Shown here piece after piece: positions 62,309 to 64,000 of a DNA stretch of 64,000 nt (the first letter of the stretch is position 1; every line of letters begins with the position of its first letter). Location: positions 6,372 through 70,371 of the IMG/VR virus record IMGVR_UViG_3300038393_000340, one strand, 5' to 3'. The stretch is from a virus. Taxonomy: Duplodnaviria > Caudoviricetes. The translations under genes and the position numbers were made by a program. The notes beneath the pieces were generated by a model. That model was not told the DNA's origin. It worked only from the letters and a program-made list of their open reading frames with translations, and ran no database searches.

Positions 62309-62685
62309 TTCTGTTTGGATTCAGAAAACTTGTAGGTGGATACGATACCCTTTTCCAGCTTCTTCATGGTCTCGCCCAGCTTGCCGGTCCCGAACGTCTT
62401 CAAGGTGGATTGGTTCAGACCCACCAGCCCGCCATTGACCACATGCAGCAGCATGCCGGTATCCGATGCTTCGATGTACAGCCACAGGTCCTTGTTCACG
62501 TGGACGAAGAACGTGGCGTAGTCGGGTTGGATGACATCCGACAGGGCGGTGGGCTCGTAGTGTAGCATCCACGGCCCCACCTTGACGGCTTGCTTGGCCT
62601 TGCCGAGATAGCCCCCGATGAAGGGGACCAGGGGGACTTGGATGGTGTCCGCCACGGAGTACAACAGGGATTCTTTCGTCGTCAT
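62290..62685 (-). CDS. hypothetical protein
   Basis: 131-aa ORF, GGAGG RBS. Confidence 0.75.
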   Translation of the reverse strand: MTTKESLLYSVADTIQVPLVPFIGGYLGKAKQAVKVGPWMLHYEPTALSDVIQPDYATFFVHVNKDLWLYIEASDTGMLLHVVNGGLVGLNQSTLKTFGTGKLGETMKKLEKGIVSTYKFSESKQKWESLN

Positions 62686-62939
62686 GCCAGCACCTCCAAT
62701 AAGAGTTCACCCTCCACCACTTCCGCGATCACGTCGGCCACATGGATGCCCTTCCAGTACAGGGCGAACTCCCAATAACCTTTTTCGGTGGTGGCATTCC
62801 ACGTGGATTCACGCAGGATCGCTTGAGAGGCTTCCGCATCGATCCCCGGCAGGACAGTCGGGAAGGTACACGATTGGCCGATGGCCAGCCCCTTGAAGCG
62901 TTCGATCAGTCCCTTACCCACATTTCCAGTCGCTTTCAT
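62682..62939 (-). CDS. hypothetical protein
   Basis: 85-aa ORF, GGAGG RBS, ATGA overlaps. Confidence 0.7.
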   Translation of the reverse strand: MKATGNVGKGLIERFKGLAIGQSCTFPTVLPGIDAEASQAILRESTWNATTEKGYWEFALYWKGIHVADVIAEVVEGELLLEVLA

Positions 62940-63892
62940 TTGTCCTCCGGAATATCGTTGACGTTGATGATCATCTGGTCGTATTCAACCCCCAACCCCA
63001 TCAGGAAGGAGCCCACGATCTTGCCAAGAGAGACCGTATCCCCGTTCTGGTTGGTGGTGCCCACATGCATGGACATATAGGCCCCCTCATCATTCTTGCC
63101 GACCCCCAGCCCAAGGTTCTTCATGTGGTTAATAAGGGTGCTGCCGACGACTCCGGAGAACTCCACCCGGAAGCTGATTTGGCCATGGGTGTGGTAGCGG
63201 TTGCGCATCGCCACCTTGACCAGATCGCTCCGGGCGATCACGTAGTACTTGGCTTCCGGCGACGTACCACGGACTTGCTGGCCAATCTGAGTGGCTTCAC
63301 GCAACCGCACCACCGGGGGACCACCCGGCTTGATCTTAGGTTTGGTGGCCGTCTTGGGCGTAGGTGGCACGGTAAAAGTCTGTGGCCCCGGCGATGTTGG
63401 CGGGGGTGCACCAAGCGCTTCCGAAAAGTTTCCCACTATGGAGCTAAGGCTAGGAGCTTTCAGCTTACTTGCCTGCTGTGCCATCGCAGCATGTATTTCT
63501 TTATCCAGGGGCAATTCAACCTTGGAAAGAGCCTGTTTCGCGGCCTGAAGGCTTGCCACGGAAGCATCCGTCACATCCTTGGTGTCGACAGATGGCAAGG
63601 CCGAGATTTCAGCCGCCAGTTCTCCGTACAGGGCCAGCATGACCTTTTTCGTTGCCGCCAGTTGTGGGCTGTCCGGCGCAATTGATTGCAGCGACGGGGT
63701 GGACAACGGCAAGTTGGTGGCAATCACTTGCCCGCTCCCATAGTGGAACGCAAGGTTGTAGAACTTGGTTTCCACCTTGATGTAGCCATCCTTGATCTGC
63801 TTGGCCAGTGGCTCAAAGTACTTTACCGGCAGCAGTTTTTCCAACAGAGCCAACTGAGCATCCATGGAGAGTTCCTTCACATTAAGTGCCAT
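62936..63892 (-). CDS. hypothetical protein
   Basis: 318-aa ORF, AAGGAGTG RBS, own promoter. Confidence 0.8.
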   Translation of the reverse strand: MALNVKELSMDAQLALLEKLLPVKYFEPLAKQIKDGYIKVETKFYNLAFHYGSGQVIATNLPLSTPSLQSIAPDSPQLAATKKVMLALYGELAAEISALPSVDTKDVTDASVASLQAAKQALSKVELPLDKEIHAAMAQQASKLKAPSLSSIVGNFSEALGAPPPTSPGPQTFTVPPTPKTATKPKIKPGGPPVVRLREATQIGQQVRGTSPEAKYYVIARSDLVKVAMRNRYHTHGQISFRVEFSGVVGSTLINHMKNLGLGVGKNDEGAYMSMHVGTTNQNGDTVSLGKIVGSFLMGLGVEYDQMIINVNDIPEDK

Positions 63893-63926
63893 TTCTCACT
63901 CCTTGAGTTTGGTCATCTACGAAAGA

Positions 63927-63954
63927 AGTATAGCACATTTTTAGAGTTAGTCAA
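63927..63954 (-). promoter_or_regulatory. sigma70-type promoter, class I variant
   Basis: TTTGACTAAC..., 16-bp spacer, TGn-TATACT. Confidence 0.65.
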
Positions 63955-64000
63955 ATCAAGCGTTATCGCGCCATATGTTTTTCTTGCTGTTCACGGGGGT

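Larger units (their letters stand above)
1251..63690. repeat. dispersed 14-bp quasi-palindrome YGCAATCAATTGCR, 28 copies
   Basis: Copies start at 1251, 1580, 2594, 4417, 5296, 6311, 9422, 11634, 15396, 18466, 20845, 24224, 24889, 26915, 30758, 33577, 34973, 40330, 43116, 43917, 44769, 50136, 51694, 54559, 56012, 58964, 59457, 63677. 20 have the exact core GCAATCAATTGC on one strand; 8 have one mismatch. Confidence 0.9.

Noticed and set aside
8441-62335. Many long plus-strand ORFs (e.g. 43125-45878, 60866-62335, 56629-58173, 40152-41609, 29420-30766)
   Set aside because: They are antisense shadows of well-supported minus-strand genes, with no recognisable motifs or RBS; expected from codon bias in GC-rich DNA.
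1-64000. Integrase, att sites, IS elements, introns or homing endonucleases
   Set aside because: No tyrosine or serine recombinase, transposase, HNH or LAGLIDADG motifs recognised; lifestyle cannot be assigned from this window.
1-64000. Recurrent CACTCCTT (AAGGAGTG on the minus strand) as a novel repeat
   Set aside because: It always lies a few bases upstream of start codons, so it is the Shine-Dalgarno sequence.

Overview
The whole window is an interior stretch of a tailed dsDNA phage genome (Caudoviricetes, probably siphovirus-like), with essentially every credible gene on the minus strand. The host is unknown; a proteobacterium is likely, given the spanins and the GTA-type tail tip. In transcription order (right to left) it holds: (1) hypothetical genes and a family A DNA polymerase; (2) small ORFs and a stand-alone JAB-motif protein; (3) head genes (portal, MuF with a C-terminal extension, XkdF-like protease, scaffold, major capsid); (4) connector and tail genes (tail tube, chaperone with a probable -1 frameshift, tape measure with an SLT domain, GTA-type DUF2460/DUF2163/NlpC-P60/host-specificity proteins, and several beta-helix or LamG receptor-binding proteins); (5) a lysis cassette (holin, GH24 lysozyme, nested spanins); (6) an AAA ATPase; (7) replication and recombination genes (initiator with iteron-like repeats, degenerate DnaC-like protein, DnaB, primase, gp32-like SSB, SF2 helicase, RecA, two PD-(D/E)xK nucleases, RuvC); and (8) about 30 small accessory genes including dUTPase. 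No terminase, integrase, tRNA, CRISPR array or reverse transcriptase was seen. The most striking unexplained signal is a 14-bp quasi-palindrome, YGCAATCAATTGCR, found by eye 28 times across the window in both orientations, inside and between genes. It sits at a near-fixed distance upstream of 5 of 11 near-identical TTTGACAAACC-type promoters. Also notable are a second promoter class ahead of the structural and lysis operons, a ~280-nt nested inverted-repeat element, a release-factor-like domain lacking GGQ, and a MuF-GNAT-like fusion. All product calls come from manual motif recognition; no database searches were run.
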